64,000 nt of DNA. Source: Klebsormidium nitens. Lineage: Eukaryota > Plantae > Klebsormidiophyceae. The notes under the pieces were generated by a model. It saw only the letters and a program-made list of their open reading frames with translations. It had not been told where the DNA came from and did no database searches. Position numbers and translations under genes: made by a program. This document shows, piece after piece, positions 49,630-63,990 of this stretch. The stretch is from positions 62,001-126,000 of the forward strand of contig DF237057.1 in the NCBI GenBank assembly GCA_000708835.1, in the 5' to 3' direction. Numbering within the stretch: position 1 is the stretch's first letter; every line of letters starts with the position of its first letter.

Positions 49630-52600
49630 CTAAATCCAAGCTAGCGAACTCCGTTGCTGCGCCTCATTTTGTGGCCGCCCTCGAGTAGGGGTTGGGGGTC
49701 GTTGTACGTTGAGCTCTTGCATCCACGTGTCCTCCGAATCGGAGTCGTTGTTTGCTGGGCCCGGAGGGGGAAGCGGATGAATAAGCTTAGGGACCACCAC
49801 AAGATCTCGGCCCAGAACTAAGATGGCCCCTGCATTGTTCGCCGTTCCTGCATAGAGGGGCCAAAATGAGACTCAAATCTTGAAGGCTTCGACTGCAAGA
49901 TTCTCGGACAAAATTCTTCTGTCCTGCCCAAAACAACCCCAACTGAGCTGAACCACTTACAGCTCCTCTAGAAAACTGGTGCGACAAGCAATCCCACGCA
50001 TGCAACACTTCAACGATGCTTCAGAAGTGGAAGAAGCTCCTAGATGGGCCACGCTCCGCCCCAAAACTTCTAACCAGACATGAAGTGGGGGTGAAAGTGA
50101 TCGCAGAAGTTACGGTCTGATTGACGAGTCAAGCCGACCGAGAGGCGTCGTGGAACAAACATTCGTACATATAGTAACGGAATGGGTATGCTGAACAATC
50201 TGACGGGGTGTAGTACGCAACCAACGGGTTTGACCAAACACCCTTTGAGCCAGAAGTGAGAGCTGGAGAAAGTGCTCACCGCAATAATTGGTGGCTGAGA
50301 ACAGGGTGATGAGGTGGCCCATTGCGAAGCGCTCGAAGCCGTCCATGACGCACTCGTGGGCCCTGACAATGAGCTGCAGGTCGTTCTCCTTGCAGAAGTC
50401 GCGGACACGGTCCGGCTGCAGTGGGGCAGAAACACAGCTCGTTAAGTCCGGCGGTATCAGAGTTACGATTCCCTTTTGACAGGACCAAAATCCCAATGTA
50501 AATGGCATGCTTCCGACTCACGACCTGAGACTCAAACTGATAGACGGAAGTCAGATTCTACCGACGCCTTCGCTTTTTAACAGAAAAGCAGATTTCCTGA
50601 TGTACATAGTATGCTTCCGAGTCAAGACTTGAACTCACATTGACGAACGAACGACTGCGGAGCACTCTTCACAACAGCGTTGACATTACAGCTCTCTGAT
50701 TCCGACACTTTCATCTTATGAAACTTGATGTCCGCGCACACGGGAACACCATCCAATTGAGCAGGCCAATGGCTTCCTCCATTTACTCATGTCACTATTT
50801 ACACCGTTTGATGGGGGAGACAAACGCGGAGCAAATGACGAGAAGGACAACGAAAGGTAACGAGCAGAGAGTCAAGAGGGCAATTGTCCAAGAAAAAGGC
50901 AGACTCGACCAAGCTGCACGGACAAAAGATGCCAAGTCTTTTTACAGGACCGGTCACTCTTGCCAAAGTACATGCAAAGCAGTGCCTTGCGCAACTCACC
51001 CCGAACGTGACGAGGCCCGGCCCCCGCGCGTTCGGCCGCAGCCCCTCGACGCTGTCGTTCTCGGTGGGGTCCGACCAGAGCAGGTCCATTAGGACCACCC
51101 GCTCACGGTCCGTCCCCGCGTCCATTGTGAGCGGTCGCTGCAGCGCCTCGATCTGCTCCACCTTCTCGATGCTCCGCCCGATGCCGCCGTGCATGCAGAT
51201 GATCTTGTTCTCGATCATGGCGGCGAGGGGCAGCCAGTTGAACAGCTGGTTGATGCGCTGCCAGGCGTAGATGCCCGGACCGTCCCCCTGGAAAAATATA
51301 ATAATAATCCCATGAGGTTCCGATTGACGAAGTAGGAAAAAGGTGAGTTAGATATTATCTCTGAAATATTACGGCGGGGGTCAGCCGTCTTCAGGCCTAT
51401 TTAATGAGCTGCAGGCATAGACTCCTTCGGTCCACCCTTTGTATCAGAGAGGGTAGTGAGTAAGTGCTTGATTGAGCAGAGACTGCGCATCTGGTGTTGC
51501 TCTCGTGCTTGACAAGAGGCTTGAGCGATAACAGTAACTGAGGCTTGCCTGCCAGGCAGAGACCGCCTCCGTCAATCCTTACAAGAACTAAGACAGAAAT
51601 AATACCTATCACTAAAGAACGCTCAAGAGTATTCGCGAGCCTTTCGAACACATGCAGTGTACTTTTGTCCGTGGAAAAGACTCACGACGATCCTAACGCG
51701 TGCAACAACAAGCATCAAGCAAAGATGCGGCACCTCTCTTATGCGGCGCCTCTCGTATCAGTCAAGCAACTTAGAAACAAGAACAAGCGTCAAGTGAGAG
51801 GGCCTTGGCTCACCATCCGCTCTATGCACTCAATCCGGAAGCCAAAAAGCGCATTGATGTCGGCAGCTTCGTGGTTCCCTCTTATCAAGTGGACACTCCG
51901 GGGGTACTCGATCTGCAGAAGAGAACCAGATCCGGTGGGTCAGTGAAAGCCGAAGAGATGAGATTCAAGAAAGAGTGACAGGGCGTCGACAAATGGTCAA
52001 TTAACCAGACTGCCTCAAAAAATGCAAATTGTTCAGCTTCGTAATAAGTTGAACCAAAGCATGCGGCACCTTCAGGAGGCACAAGCAGGACGAAAGAGTA
52101 AGGGCAACGAGAGGAGTGACAACAGCGCCAGTAACGGACTGTTGCGCATCTCGTATCACCCTCAAGATTCTTAATTTGACACGACAACTACCCCTGTAGC
52201 CCCATGGTACGCCGGAAGGTCGTGCAAGAGCACCTTCAAAGAACAACGAACCCTCTCAGAAACCGGATAAGGAAGTCCAGATTGGCTGAGACACAAGTGC
52301 CTCACCTTCAACGCTAGCAGGAGGCAGATGGTTTCGAGCGAGTGCTGGCCCCGATCCACGTAGTCGCCCAGAAAGAGGTAGTCTATGTACGTGATGTCGC
52401 CCGCCGTCGAGGGCGCCCCGTACTCGTCGAAGAGGCGCATCAAGTCGCCGAACTGACCGTGCAGGTCGCCGAAGAGCTTGATGGGCGCGTGGAGCTTCAG
52501 GACGCTGGGCTCCTGCTGGAAGTGCTGCTCCGCCTTTTCACACAGCTCGGCTGCAGGGGGTAAGAGTGAGTGTGAATGAGAATCAGAAGGTCTTTCTGGA

Positions 52601-55600
52601 CAGCTTAAGCATGCATCAGAGTAGCTAGGCTGCAGGGTAAACCGCTGTATTTACTAGAGCAAACTCTCGACAGCCTTGCCTGGTAAGCTGAAAATGCTGG
52701 GGGAAAGAGGTTGAGGCAAGGAGACAATCTTGCAAGCGCTAAAGCTGTAGAGGACGAGACAGCACGAAAACGCCATCTTTAAAGGGGATTTTTGCGGACA
52801 AATTTACACAAGCATCTTAGCGGGATATTTAACACCGAAGCTGTAAGGACGGTTGTGGAGTGAATCATAGATTGTAAACCAAGCTCACCTATCTCGGGCG
52901 CTTCGAGGAAGAACTTGCGGTTCGTCGGCGGCTTCCACCCGCGCGGCTTGAGCAGCGCGCTCAGCACCTTCTTGTGCACCCCTTGCAAGCTCATGCTGCG
53001 GTCCAACATCTTGTTCACTTCCTTCCCATGCGAACTGTCTGGCGTCCCGAAAGAAACCCGCCGCCCCTCGTTCTCGAACTGGTCAATCGAGAGCTGCCGG
53101 ACAAGGCCCCCGAGCGTTCCCCCCGCGACTACGACTGCCCGGTGGAAGAGCCTGACGTCAGGCGTGACGTCCCTGTCAGGGTTCCGTTGCGTTGTAGTGG
53201 CGACAGCGCGGGCTGCCGCCTCGGCTGCGCGGCCGGTTGCCGTCTGCTTAACCTCGGGAGACGTTTCTCGGTTGGGCTCCTCCGCAGCCATCTCCATCTC
53301 CTCTTCGGGTTTCGTCTTTGCCTGCACGATTAACGGGAATGTTCAGCAACGGACCCAGGTTCATACCAATTCGTAAGATGTTTTGGACTGCAGAGTAATC
53401 GAATCACCTGCAAATTTCGCTACAGCCTTTCTAATTGCAAGTGAGATAACGTTGATAGAAAAGCCTCACAAGAGACGCCAATCTGGGATCGCGTGGTCTA
53501 CCACCAGCGGCTTGCATACTTTCAAAGAATTTGCGTAACTACGTTGAGCATGATTTACAGCAACTCCCGCACAATCTATAAACAAGAAAGCACAAAACAA
53601 TTGTCTCCTATTTCGCCAATACCTTTCATAGAGGCCACACTGTGTCTGAAGTCCTCTTTTCTTAGGATCGTGATGGGCAGTCGATACAATGCGTCTTTCC
53701 GAGATGCCTCGAATCCATGCCTTCCTCACCTGCAAGATCGCGCTCGCCGCCGCAGCCTCCTCTGCGGCATTCTGTACCAGCGGGCTGACGTCACCCTGTT
53801 CCAAGTGGTGCGTCACTGCATTCTCCGTGCTGATGTCCATGTTGGCATCCCCCTGAACTGCCGCAGCCACAGGCTCCTCCATCAGCACCGTCTCAGGATC
53901 GTCGCCGGACGGCTTCGACTGCAAAACGAAGGAGGAGAAATTCGGTTCTGGTAGCACTCTAAGCAGAAACGTAGCTTGATCAGAACGGATCCGGCTTGTC
54001 TTATTGGCTGACGACTTTTGGCTGCAAATCAAGTTCAGCAAAAAACGAACAAGCCTGCAAAGGTTGGGAAAACACTGCGGCTTTTTTGAGAACCCGCAAG
54101 TGGGTTCTGGGTAGTCGTGAAGCCAACACCACATCCGCAACAAGAAACTCAATTGAGGCCGCACAACGCTTTTCAGTGTGTCAGTACACCACAACCGCAA
54201 CCATTCCAAAAAGAAGCAACACGTGGAGCTGAGAGGTACAGAGAGGTACAGAATGGACGAACCTCCGTATTGAAGACGTAAAAGAAACCAGGCAAGACAA
54301 GGAATTACATTGCATAACTTACTTTGGGTGCGGCATTTGCCGGTGGTCCCTGGACCGTCGGAGTTGACGGCGAGTCTGGCGGCGACATAGTCTGATTGGC
54401 CGCCTGAGCTCCGATTGCGGCCGCACTGGCTGCCAACTCAGACGGAGTTGACGTGTCCTCCTGGACCAGCATGTCGTCCAACAGGACGCCCCCCCTTAAG
54501 CCACCATAGATGAATACCTGCTCACGTAAAACGAACTTAAGATGTTAGCATCAAAAAACAATCGGATCGATTCAACTCGCAAGCTCATCGCCTTCTTCAG
54601 TCAACTTGGTTTCTATAACCGTGAAGGAGATGTAAAGACGAGCCGTTTACACACTTGCTATGGTAGATCTTTAATGAAACCGAACTCGTCCATGAGCAAT
54701 CCCCACTACGACTTGCCACTTGTTCCTGCTATGTAAGTCAATCGTACCGTACGCACCTTGCTTTGCCTCTCACACATACAGAACCGCGGATGCCTTCCCA
54801 CAAGAGTACACATCACCCCCGCACACTGTAGTGCCCTCTTCAGAAACCTACGTCTCAATCCGCGAAAGAAGATTCCGAAGAACAGCATGCAAGTCTCTAC
54901 CTGTGCAGAACCCGAGTAAGTGGAAATTTGCAAAACCGAAGACAACAAGGAGGATATCGAAGGACATAGCAATCTTCCACAACCCCAGGACCAGGAATCG
55001 TCAACTAACCTGCTCTCCAACGGCAGCCGCCGCATGCCGACACCTCCGGAGCAGCTCCGCCATGCTCCCTGACTCGGCGCTGCTATCTGCGCTGTACCGC
55101 CCCGGACGGGGGCTGGTGACGACCGAACGGCGGTCACACCAAACGCCGGCGGCCGTGTCCAACACTGTAGCCAATGGTGGGGCACTCAGAAGAGGACGGC
55201 AGCGTCAAGAACGAAACAGTGCGAAATGGCGGGCTCCAAACGAGGCGAAAGCAAAAAGCGAGGAGGGTGAGTCACGGAACGTCTCCTCATCCGTTACTCC
55301 TTCCAAAGGTTCCAACGGCTTTACAGCAAGGAGTTAGAGCAGACGAACCGCAAAAAATGGCAAGCCAAAAAGGAACCGGGCAGCCTTGGAGAAGCTTGCT
55401 GTTCACGCACTCGGTCCTCCACAGGAGCCGACCGACCTGGAGTTCCGCACAAGTACTCCACAGTCATACTTACCAGCTATGCTAGACGCATCGTCCACCA
55501 TCCTGCCCCCCCCAAGCGCGCCACCCGACACATGCAATCTGGCATTGACAAATACAGCGGCGTGCTGGTACCGAGGGGACGGAGACACCCCAGGCGCGCT

Positions 55601-58600
55601 GGCCCATTCCCACCGGCCGTCACGATGCCGGGCAAGCCCAAACGCTCCGGCAAGAGGAACGCTGCTACTGTCTCGGCCACCGCAAAGGAGGAGGAGACCG
55701 TCGGAGCGCGCGCTGGCGGTTGCATACCTGTAGAAACAAAGATAAAGGTTGGATATGCTTCCAAGAGCTTGGCAAGTCTCCTTCATGGGAGAGTCGAGGG
55801 ACCACCATCAACAAGATCGACTGCGCAATAACACCGGAGTTGTTCTTTGGCTCAGTCCGTTTCGTTTTTATAATCTCAACAGGCTCTAATAACTTCTATA
55901 CGTGGCAAAGCTTAAAAACGACCATTCTCTAAGAGGAGAGAACTTCTAGGGCGCAGAACAAAAGCGCAGAAAAGCAATCCCGAAAAGCTTCAGGACTTAC
56001 ATGCACGGCGGAGGCCCTTCTCCCTCTGTCTGGACCTCCTTCCACTCGTAGGGCTTTGCAGCAGTATCCAGGGCCCACACGTCCGAGAGGGGACGCTTGC
56101 CTGCATCACAGGGAAGAGGACTCAGAAAAGGAATGCTCAGATAAAAGTCATCGACAGACCATGCCAATACTTCTTCAGTTAAGCGTTGTGGAACCTGTTT
56201 CACTTTTACAAGTTACAGGTTAATCATAGTGAGGTGCGATCTCAGGTCCACGGGTCGACCGTTCACTTCTTGAAGCTTTCGTGCAGCTTGGCAGACTCAC
56301 TACTGTAGGATGCAATGTGTAAGAACGCGTTTCTTGAGAAGAACACGGTATGGCTCATTGAGATCAGGGATGCAAGTATCTGCGTCAATCCTCACCGTCG
56401 TTGCCACTGATTGACAGAAGGAAGCGCTGCCCCACAAGCGCCATCACGTGACCATACCTGGGACCTGGGCCAGGGCCCTGAACAACCACCCTGCAAACAG
56501 AATAACTTTGTCAAACCTTACTCACTAGTCTCGTCTCTTCTGCTCATCCATTTTCCCCAACTTGGAGGTCCTAAATGCATTCAGAGAGAGAAGGCTTGAA
56601 CTCCAACGTAAATGATTCCGGTCTACATCCTTTTAGTATCTTTTGAAGACTGTTGTCTTTTCAGCAGTCCCTTCACTCTTCCTTTGTTGAATCGTAATCC
56701 TTTTGGAATCAGCCTGGAAGTGTCGTGTCTACTGACAACAGATTGCAGCTAAACTCAATCTTGTGCAGCAATCAAAAGGCTTAGCAAGGCGGGGAAACAA
56801 CATGTTGACAGAGCTTGCAGACCCTTCGCCAGTGCAGGGCGGACGCACTACACCAGATGAGAACGCTCATGTCCTCTGCATCATCCCATCTACGGGGCTG
56901 AATAAAAAAGAAATTGGATACTGCACAATTGTACAAGCATTTGAGCTGAACGGCAATCTCTACCCTCGGCTCCTCAGTCTGACAGTCTGTTTCAGAAGTG
57001 ACTAGCATCAGGGCTTAGGAAGAACAGGGCTCACAATAGCTCCAAGATCCTGGCACCCGTGGCTTTTTCTGTGACTAGCATCAGGGCTTAGGAAGAACAG
57101 CGCTCGCAATAGCTCCAAGATTCTGGCACCCATGGCTTTTGCTGTCCCTCAGAAAGGAGCACAGGAACGGAAGACACACCTATGCCAGCGGGGTTTTGGC
57201 CCTGTCAGGTCTAGGACATGCAGATCGTCCGTCGCCAATCCTGCTGGACCAATGCCCCCCTGCACGACAACCATCGTGCCGACTGCGGTCGCGGCATGCG
57301 CTGCCCTTGGAGATGGCGGCTCTCCAATCGGTTGAAGCCTGCGAAAAGAACAAACGTTAAGCATATCCAAAAAGCCTTTTCTTCCCGTCATAGGTGGGGA
57401 CAACGTTTGTGAACTTCTTTGTCCAGTCATGAGGTCTGAAACAGCAATAGCAAATGAGGAAGGGCCTGACGGTGTTGAATTGCTTAAGGCTTGAGGCATG
57501 GGCAAACTAGCGAGAGACAGCACAACAAAGCTGGTCAAAGAGGTTGGCAGCAGCACTGTGGCTTCAACAAGAATCCAAAAAAAAGAGCGCTAGTGTGGAG
57601 ACGCACATCTATATTTCCTTTCTGTCATGTATCGCTCGTCATTGCAACAAGATCGTCTCATTAACTCGTGAATGCTACGCTACGAGTGAGATTCATTCTG
57701 AACGGGTGACCTATAGGGGCAGTATAAACAACGAGGCCCTCCAGATCCTGCTGTGCACTTTTTTCAAGCTAAGCTCCTCTTCAAGAGACTTGCGACATGC
57801 TTGCGCGAGCTAACAGGGAATTGTATAGCAGTCCAATCAGTGAAAGGGGCTCCGTCGCAAGTCAGAATCCAAACCCTAATGGCAAGAGTAAAAATAAAGC
57901 TTCTACACAAAGGACAGAATAACCGGGATGACTTACTTGGTCCATGTCTTTGTTGCAATATCATATGCGTGCACGTCTGCTGTTGCTCCAGCCAATCCTG
58001 CAGAACGGAGACTTGCTTATTTAAGGAGAGCGCAACGGAGTGGTACAAGCGAGCGGAAATCCTAGGAACACTCTCATGCACTTGAGTAAGTTTCCGCCAA
58101 GTAGGGAGCAAGTTCCGGAACTTGTTGACAAGTTACAGCACTCTGCGTCGCCTTGCAAGTGGAAGTAGAAAGGAAAACCATCGCTGCTTGGAATTGTCAG
58201 CATTTGTCAAGCAAGGTAAGGGGACCTTCGCAGCCATAGATTGTTGGAAAAACGTTTCAAATACTGCATGTGTAAGTAAGGGAACGTCGCGCAGTATGCT
58301 ACACCTTCAAGCCCTTCTGTCTATGCTACTGGTGCAGCCCCAAACAGTGCAAAATGCACACAGATGCTCACACCCTCTGCCTTCAGAAAAAGTAGTCTAT
58401 CCAGCGAATAGAAACCTTCACAATGTTGCGGATCATTTTTCCTGTCACTGAAGGACCTCCTATGTGATCCTTCACTCAGCAGAGTGTGTTTAAAGGAGAA
58501 TCTATGCAACAGTTGCCTTTTGGTAGCACCTTGTAGAATCCGTACCAGAGGCAAACATAGCCGCATGTCCCTGATATCATAGAAGGCAAGCAAGAAGTTG

Positions 58601-59122
58601 CTACTATCCAATGGTCGATGCCGTCGCAAACATGTTTGCAGGAATCATGCAGATAAATCTGAGAGCTTATGACATAAACGCGTCCACATCTAAACCCCGC
58701 CATTCCAAATTCTCCATGTTTTTCTGCGGAAGGATGAAATGCGTTGGAGCTTGCTTCCTGAACAGATGGTAAAACGCAAAAGAGCGAAGCCCTGACCGAT
58801 TCTCATGGTCTTGACTTAAGCTGCCTGAACATCATTCTGAACCCTACAATCAGAACAGGCAAATGGACTTACGAATCCCTGCTCCACCGCCACTGCCTCC
58901 TGGACCAGCTGCGCCCCCGCTCCCTTCCAAGGCAGTCGCTCCTCCAAAAAGGATCAACCTTGGACCTACGTAACCTGACGAGCCTGGCTCTCCTGAAGGT
59001 GCTAGCGCCGTCAGCGTATGTCCACAACGGGGACCAGGCACATCCCCAAGCGTTGACAACAGGCTAGGGGTTGGCGCCGGGCGTGGCTGATCGCCTTCGA
59101 CCATTGGTTCAGCATCCCCCAT
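49630..59122 (-). CDS. BSL: BSU1-like Kelch-repeat serine/threonine protein phosphatase (PPKL family)
   Basis: N-terminal [11 protein letters not shown]...[13 protein letters not shown]; Kelch repeats [22 protein letters not shown] and [25 protein letters not shown]; linker [21 protein letters not shown] motifs: [59 protein letters not shown]-terminus [20 protein letters not shown]...SLAWI*. Confidence 0.97.
57000..57141. repeat. Near-identical direct tandem duplication of about 73 bp in a BSL intron
   Basis: gactagcatcagggcttaggaagaacag...ctccaagat(c/t)ctggcaccc(g/a)tggcttt occurs twice in succession. Confidence 0.9.
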
Positions 59123-60865
59123 GATGAACCGCGCTTTCAGCTAAGTGCCAAGTCAGAGGTAAAAGTCTGCAACAAGTTTTCCGCCCGTGACATGCATTCT
59201 TTGGTAGACAGTGTCTGCTGAACTCCCACCTTCCTAAGCGAGGAAATCGGATCTCTCAGTGCTTGCAACCATCCAAATGGTCACAAAGGCGCCTTCCTGC
59301 CACTTCTGCTTTTCAGCTGTCTTGACTGCTTTCGCGCCATGGTGAGCCTGGACTGCGCACGAGCCTCTCAGTATCAACTAGAGCGAGCATGTTTCGCTGT
59401 GCAAAGTCTGATGTCAGCATGTATAAGCATGTGGCTGCTCCGTATGCTGTCGATATACATCCACCTTCTAATCTGACGGTTGCAAGGAGTTACAAAATCC
59501 TTACAGGTGATTGGTATGTTCTCTAACGTCAGATGTAACTTTCCTATGTAACACCGACGGCCCAGGTTGCGGACATGCTAACAAGGGTACGGTTGCGGGG
59601 TTAGAGCCCAACTTCGACCTTAACCTGAAAACTCGATGAGGGTGTCCTCGCCACGAGTCTAGCAAGAGGCTGCCACGTTGCATCCGAACAGCTAGCAGAT
59701 CAAGGCATCCTTTTCAATCTAGCTTCTTTACATCTTCAGCGTAGCCTCGAACCAAAGTCTTAGTCGCAAAGTTTTACCATACTGATCTCCGAACCTCTGA
59801 CAAATCTGCAGCTCGACTAAGGAGTCCTGCTTCCAGGATCGCTAAAAGGCAAGCTGAGCAAATGAGCCCCCAGTGAATCTATTGTCCTCGATCTTTCCGC
59901 ATGATTTCGAGCGCTCAAAGCCAGCAGAACTTGAAAATGTTGCAAAGCCTGAGAGCCTGAACAATCGACTCTCTCCTGAAGGCTGCTGTCGATCCTCGGA
60001 GACCTGATGCGAGAATCGGAAAAGCATCATGGTACGGGTCTGAGCTACAGAGCGAAGGCTGACGACCTCGATCAAGTCAGAAGCTCCTCTCTTGGAGGTG
60101 AGACTAGACTAAGAGACTTGTCGCTGTGTGACAGAGACTTCAATTTCTGTACGTTCAGAAGCCACAAGACTCACAAGACGGCCCTAATGATTTCACTGAT
60201 TCCATGGATCCAGCAGTCTCTAGTTGCAGATCACCTCTCATTCGACCTCGCTCGGCTTTCCCTGAACAAAAAGTTCATTTCAGGATTGAGTGGTGAACAA
60301 AGGCCAGAATCTCAGTGACAGATGTCTCATGTACGTAAGAAACATGTTGCTTACGTTCTTAAGAATGCTACTTCGGCCGGACGACTTTGGCTTATACTGA
60401 TGCTACTGGATAACAATTGTGAGCTTGTAGCTGCCCTCAATCTTATGTATCCTCGGCGGCCATGCCAAGGAGCCGACCATTTCGAGTCAAAACGGAATCT
60501 GCCTTCCTACCGAAATCCGTTCAATAGAAATCAGTAGATTGCTCCTGGTCCGCCTCCCCTGTTTTTGTTCGTCTTCGGTTTGAAAATCGAAGCGTTTAGT
60601 GTAGAAAAGCAGGAGAACTTTTTCCGACTTCCCACGGTACCGCTTGACCGTTAGGAACAGTATTCGCTCTTGACGAACTTCCGTCTTCTTTTTAAATCCA
60701 GATTTCCAGTCAGGTTACATCACTTGCAGCCACACAGTAAGTTTTTTGTTGCAAGTCTGCGCGGCAGATATCTGGTTTCATTCTGTTCTTTCTCGATCCT
60801 GAATACCTGATGTACTGATGCTTCTCCTCCTCCTCTAGTGCTGCGCACGCGCGTCTCGTCGACTC

Positions 60866-61990
60866 ATGAAGATGACACGTGTCCAGCTTCTCTTCATGTT
60901 CTGCCTCCTAGCCGTCATGGCTGCTCGAGTGGCGGCCGACTCTGGGGTCAATCCTACTTACACGCACACTTTCTGGCGTGACGTCAAAAACCCCAACCAG
61001 TAAGTCCACAGCCACTTTATTCTGAGAGCGCTAGCGCGCACCTGATTCTCGCAGATGCTAAGCTACTAGGAAAACCACTCGAACTCAAACATGCTTCGCA
61101 GTAGTAATTTGTGGTCAGCGGACTGAAATTTGCCAACGTAGTTGTGCCATGATATTGGAAAACTTCCGTTTGCGGGTGCCTGACAAAGCTTCGGCCCACC
61201 CGTCTTGGATGAAGAAATGGCCTTCGACATTTCGGTTAGCTTGTTCCGGCTCCGTTCCGGACCCGGAACGGATCCAATCGCCGTGATCGGAGAGCTCTGG
61301 CAAGAACAGTGGTTCCTAACGGTATGCCTAGCTGCTCAGTACAATCCTTATCTTGATAGATTGCCACTAGCTGCAATGCAGCCAGCGATCGCTTTGAAGG
61401 CGCTGCGATCGCAAAGGGTTGAATCCGCCCAACACAATTGGCAGTCAGTCTAGTCAGTCTAGTACCAGAGATTTTCCTTCCTCAATCCGCGGACTGTACA
61501 GACGTGTTATCTTTTTGGTACTCGAACCTAATAGAGGTAAAATGTATTGAAAAGCATTCAACTTCTCAGGCTCATGTCTCGCACCTGAAAACGAAATCGA
61601 AGACTCCGACGTGATGTCGACAAGCCTTTGGTATCACGTTACCCGATCACGACCAGATTTTAGCAATTCCCCAAAAAGAGACACTTATGCAAGTGACAAA
61701 AAACGGTTCAACTTTGCTCACTTTCAGACAATCCATCGAGCGTCTCCCTCCTTCTTCCAGATACTACAGCGATTTCCACCGGCTGGCGACTCACCTTCCC
61801 AAGTGACGTGTCCCGCATGGTCGCCTGCCAGTGCGCTCCCTTCGTGACGTCAGCGGACCGCCCGGCGAAGCACGGCTGGGCGCACGATCAAAGTGTCAAT
61901 AACGCCGGCGTCGCCAAGGGCCGCATCCTCAGCCGGAACGAGGCCGGGACGTCGACACCAGACCCCGACGCCGAGGCGTGCATGAGGTAG
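60866..61990 (+). CDS. Small predicted secreted protein of unknown function; internal exons tentative
   Basis: Exon 60866-60999 encodes a signal-peptide-like MKMTRVQLLFMFCLLAVMAARVAA and ends at a strong donor (gtaagt). Candidate exons 61240-61321 and 61469-61517. GC-rich last exon 61761-61990 (TTAISTGWRLTFP...VACQCAP...EACMR*). Confidence 0.55.
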
Positions 61991-63055
61991 ATTCTGAAGG
62001 AGACGTACCCGACGCTCGAGATTGTGCTCACTGTGTTGTGCATTTTAGGACCGCTGTTTCTAGTGTTACTTATTTTGTGGTGTACAGCAGCCTGCTTCCT
62101 TGGATGCAATGACGAAGGGTTGTTCGGGTAATAATGCTCGTCAGGACTTGATATGCCCGCGTCCTCGGCCAGGCTTCATCCATTTAAATGCCAGAGTTTT
62201 AAGATGATCTTATTTTCATGCAAGCCAATTGTTCAAACAAAATGCACAACGACGGATTCAATGATTGCAGTCGAATGATTGCAGTCGAAGCGAAGCTGAC
62301 TACTTTGAAAGTCTGATCTTCCGGGCCCGTGCTTAAACGCTGATGACAATCTCTTGGGAAACGTCGCGGACGGTTATAAAATCTTCAAACAAGGACGCAG
62401 AACTTTGAGAAAAGCTTCTATAATTGAAGAAATTCAGGTAGGTTGCTTAATCTACCTGTGGATGCAGCTAGAGCTATATGGCATATATGCCCATGGTTGA
62501 GTTTCCGAGTATGGTTAATGAGCATGGAGACTTCCGAGCGCATGGTTGATCGCTTCTTATCATCGGAATATCTCGATGAGTGCACCAATGATGGCATTAT
62601 GAGCACCATGCCATGGGCATTGAATCCGTTATAATCAATGATTATAGCGTGGCACCCTCAACTTATACATGAATGAGAAACAGCGCATGTGCAAGTCTTT
62701 GACTCAGTCGGTCACTGATACGGCTCGCTACGTCCTGAATGGCCGGCCCGTTGCATGGCGAGTCTAGTCGAAACGACTCGACCTAAGACATAATACTGTG
62801 ATTGAGCTGCAAATCAATCATGCTTGGATCTGGTGCCGCCGTGGGTAACCGTGTTTGGTTGAAAACGACATTTAAAGCTCAAGTGAGATGGCTCCACAAT
62901 CCAACCTAGATGCATGCATGGCACTTGCTAGACTTATAAGACCGATAGATATGTCAATCGAGAACCCACTTCTTAATATGCTTTGAGCAGTAGTCTCCAA
63001 AAATCAACTTTGTTTAGGGTACAACATCTAGGACGAATCAAGTCTTGGACTGTCG

Positions 63056-63990
63056 CTATGATAACGTCAAACCCAGAGCCCTTGCCGCCATTTCTTCAAC
63101 CCCACCCAAACTCGAAGTGCCGCTGGTTTCGGAAGGCGAACGAAGTTTCTGCCCAATCACGGCGCACACTTCCTGCAGGAGTGTTTCGCGTTCCTCCGAC
63201 GGTATTCGAGCCGACAGCCCATCGCCCACCAGCTCGAGCTTCGCCTGCAGATTTACGAGTGAGAAGACTCAATCTTTGAATGACCTGTTCCGCACCACAA
63301 CGCCCTGTATGTCCGACCTACTGTAACTTCCCTGTCATTTAAGTGGGGGGGGAGAACAGCCGCAGCTCATAGAGTATACCGAATCTAATTTCAATCCCAA
63401 CAAGGACGTCCGTCGCCTGCTCGCAAACAGGTCATTTCTAAGCAAAAGGGCCAGGAGAGGGGGCTTCCCATCATCTTATGACAAAGCCAAGCCACCTTAC
63501 GTGCAGGTCCAGTTCGGGTCATCGTTCGAGCTTCCCGAGAGGCTGAACTTTGAGCTTACAACTGCCTAGAGAAACCGCCTTCCGACTCCGACGGACGGGC
63601 CAGGGTCTTCTCATATTCAGGGGCCCTTAGGAAACAACTGAAACTTTGCTCCCCAAGAGGCGAAGATTCTGAGCCGAAACGCTCGATTAAGCCCAAGTGA
63701 GAATCCAAATGGACATCCAGATAACCCTCGTATATACATAGCACTGTGGCGAGCTGAGGAGATGAAGACGACAATCGACGGAATGCGACCAGTAGGAAGC
63801 GAATCAAGAAAACAGAAAGCTTCGACTGGTCGCAAACAACAAAAAGTAAGACGATGAGGACAGTACAACTGACGGGACGCCCCGTGCCCCTCACCGAATC
63901 AAGAGGCAGCGGAAAGGTGGACAGAATGAGAGCCAGGCCCGCCAGCTCTTGTCGAAGCTCCTTGATTCGCCCTTGCTTCATCAGTGCCTA
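63056..63990 (-). CDS. 3' exons of an unidentified multi-exon gene that continues beyond the window
   Basis: cgtag|ALMKQGRIKELRQELAGLALILSTFPLPLDS|gtgagg; tctag|AVVSSKF...DDPNWTC|gtaag; last exon ctgcag|AKLELVGDGLSARIPSEERETLLQEVCAVI...LGLTLS*. Joins between these exons were not fully resolved. Confidence 0.55.

Noticed and set aside
62715-62780. YVLNGRPVAWR resembling a copia RNase H segment
   Set aside because: Too short, followed by a stop, and no other Ty1/copia motifs or LTRs were found.
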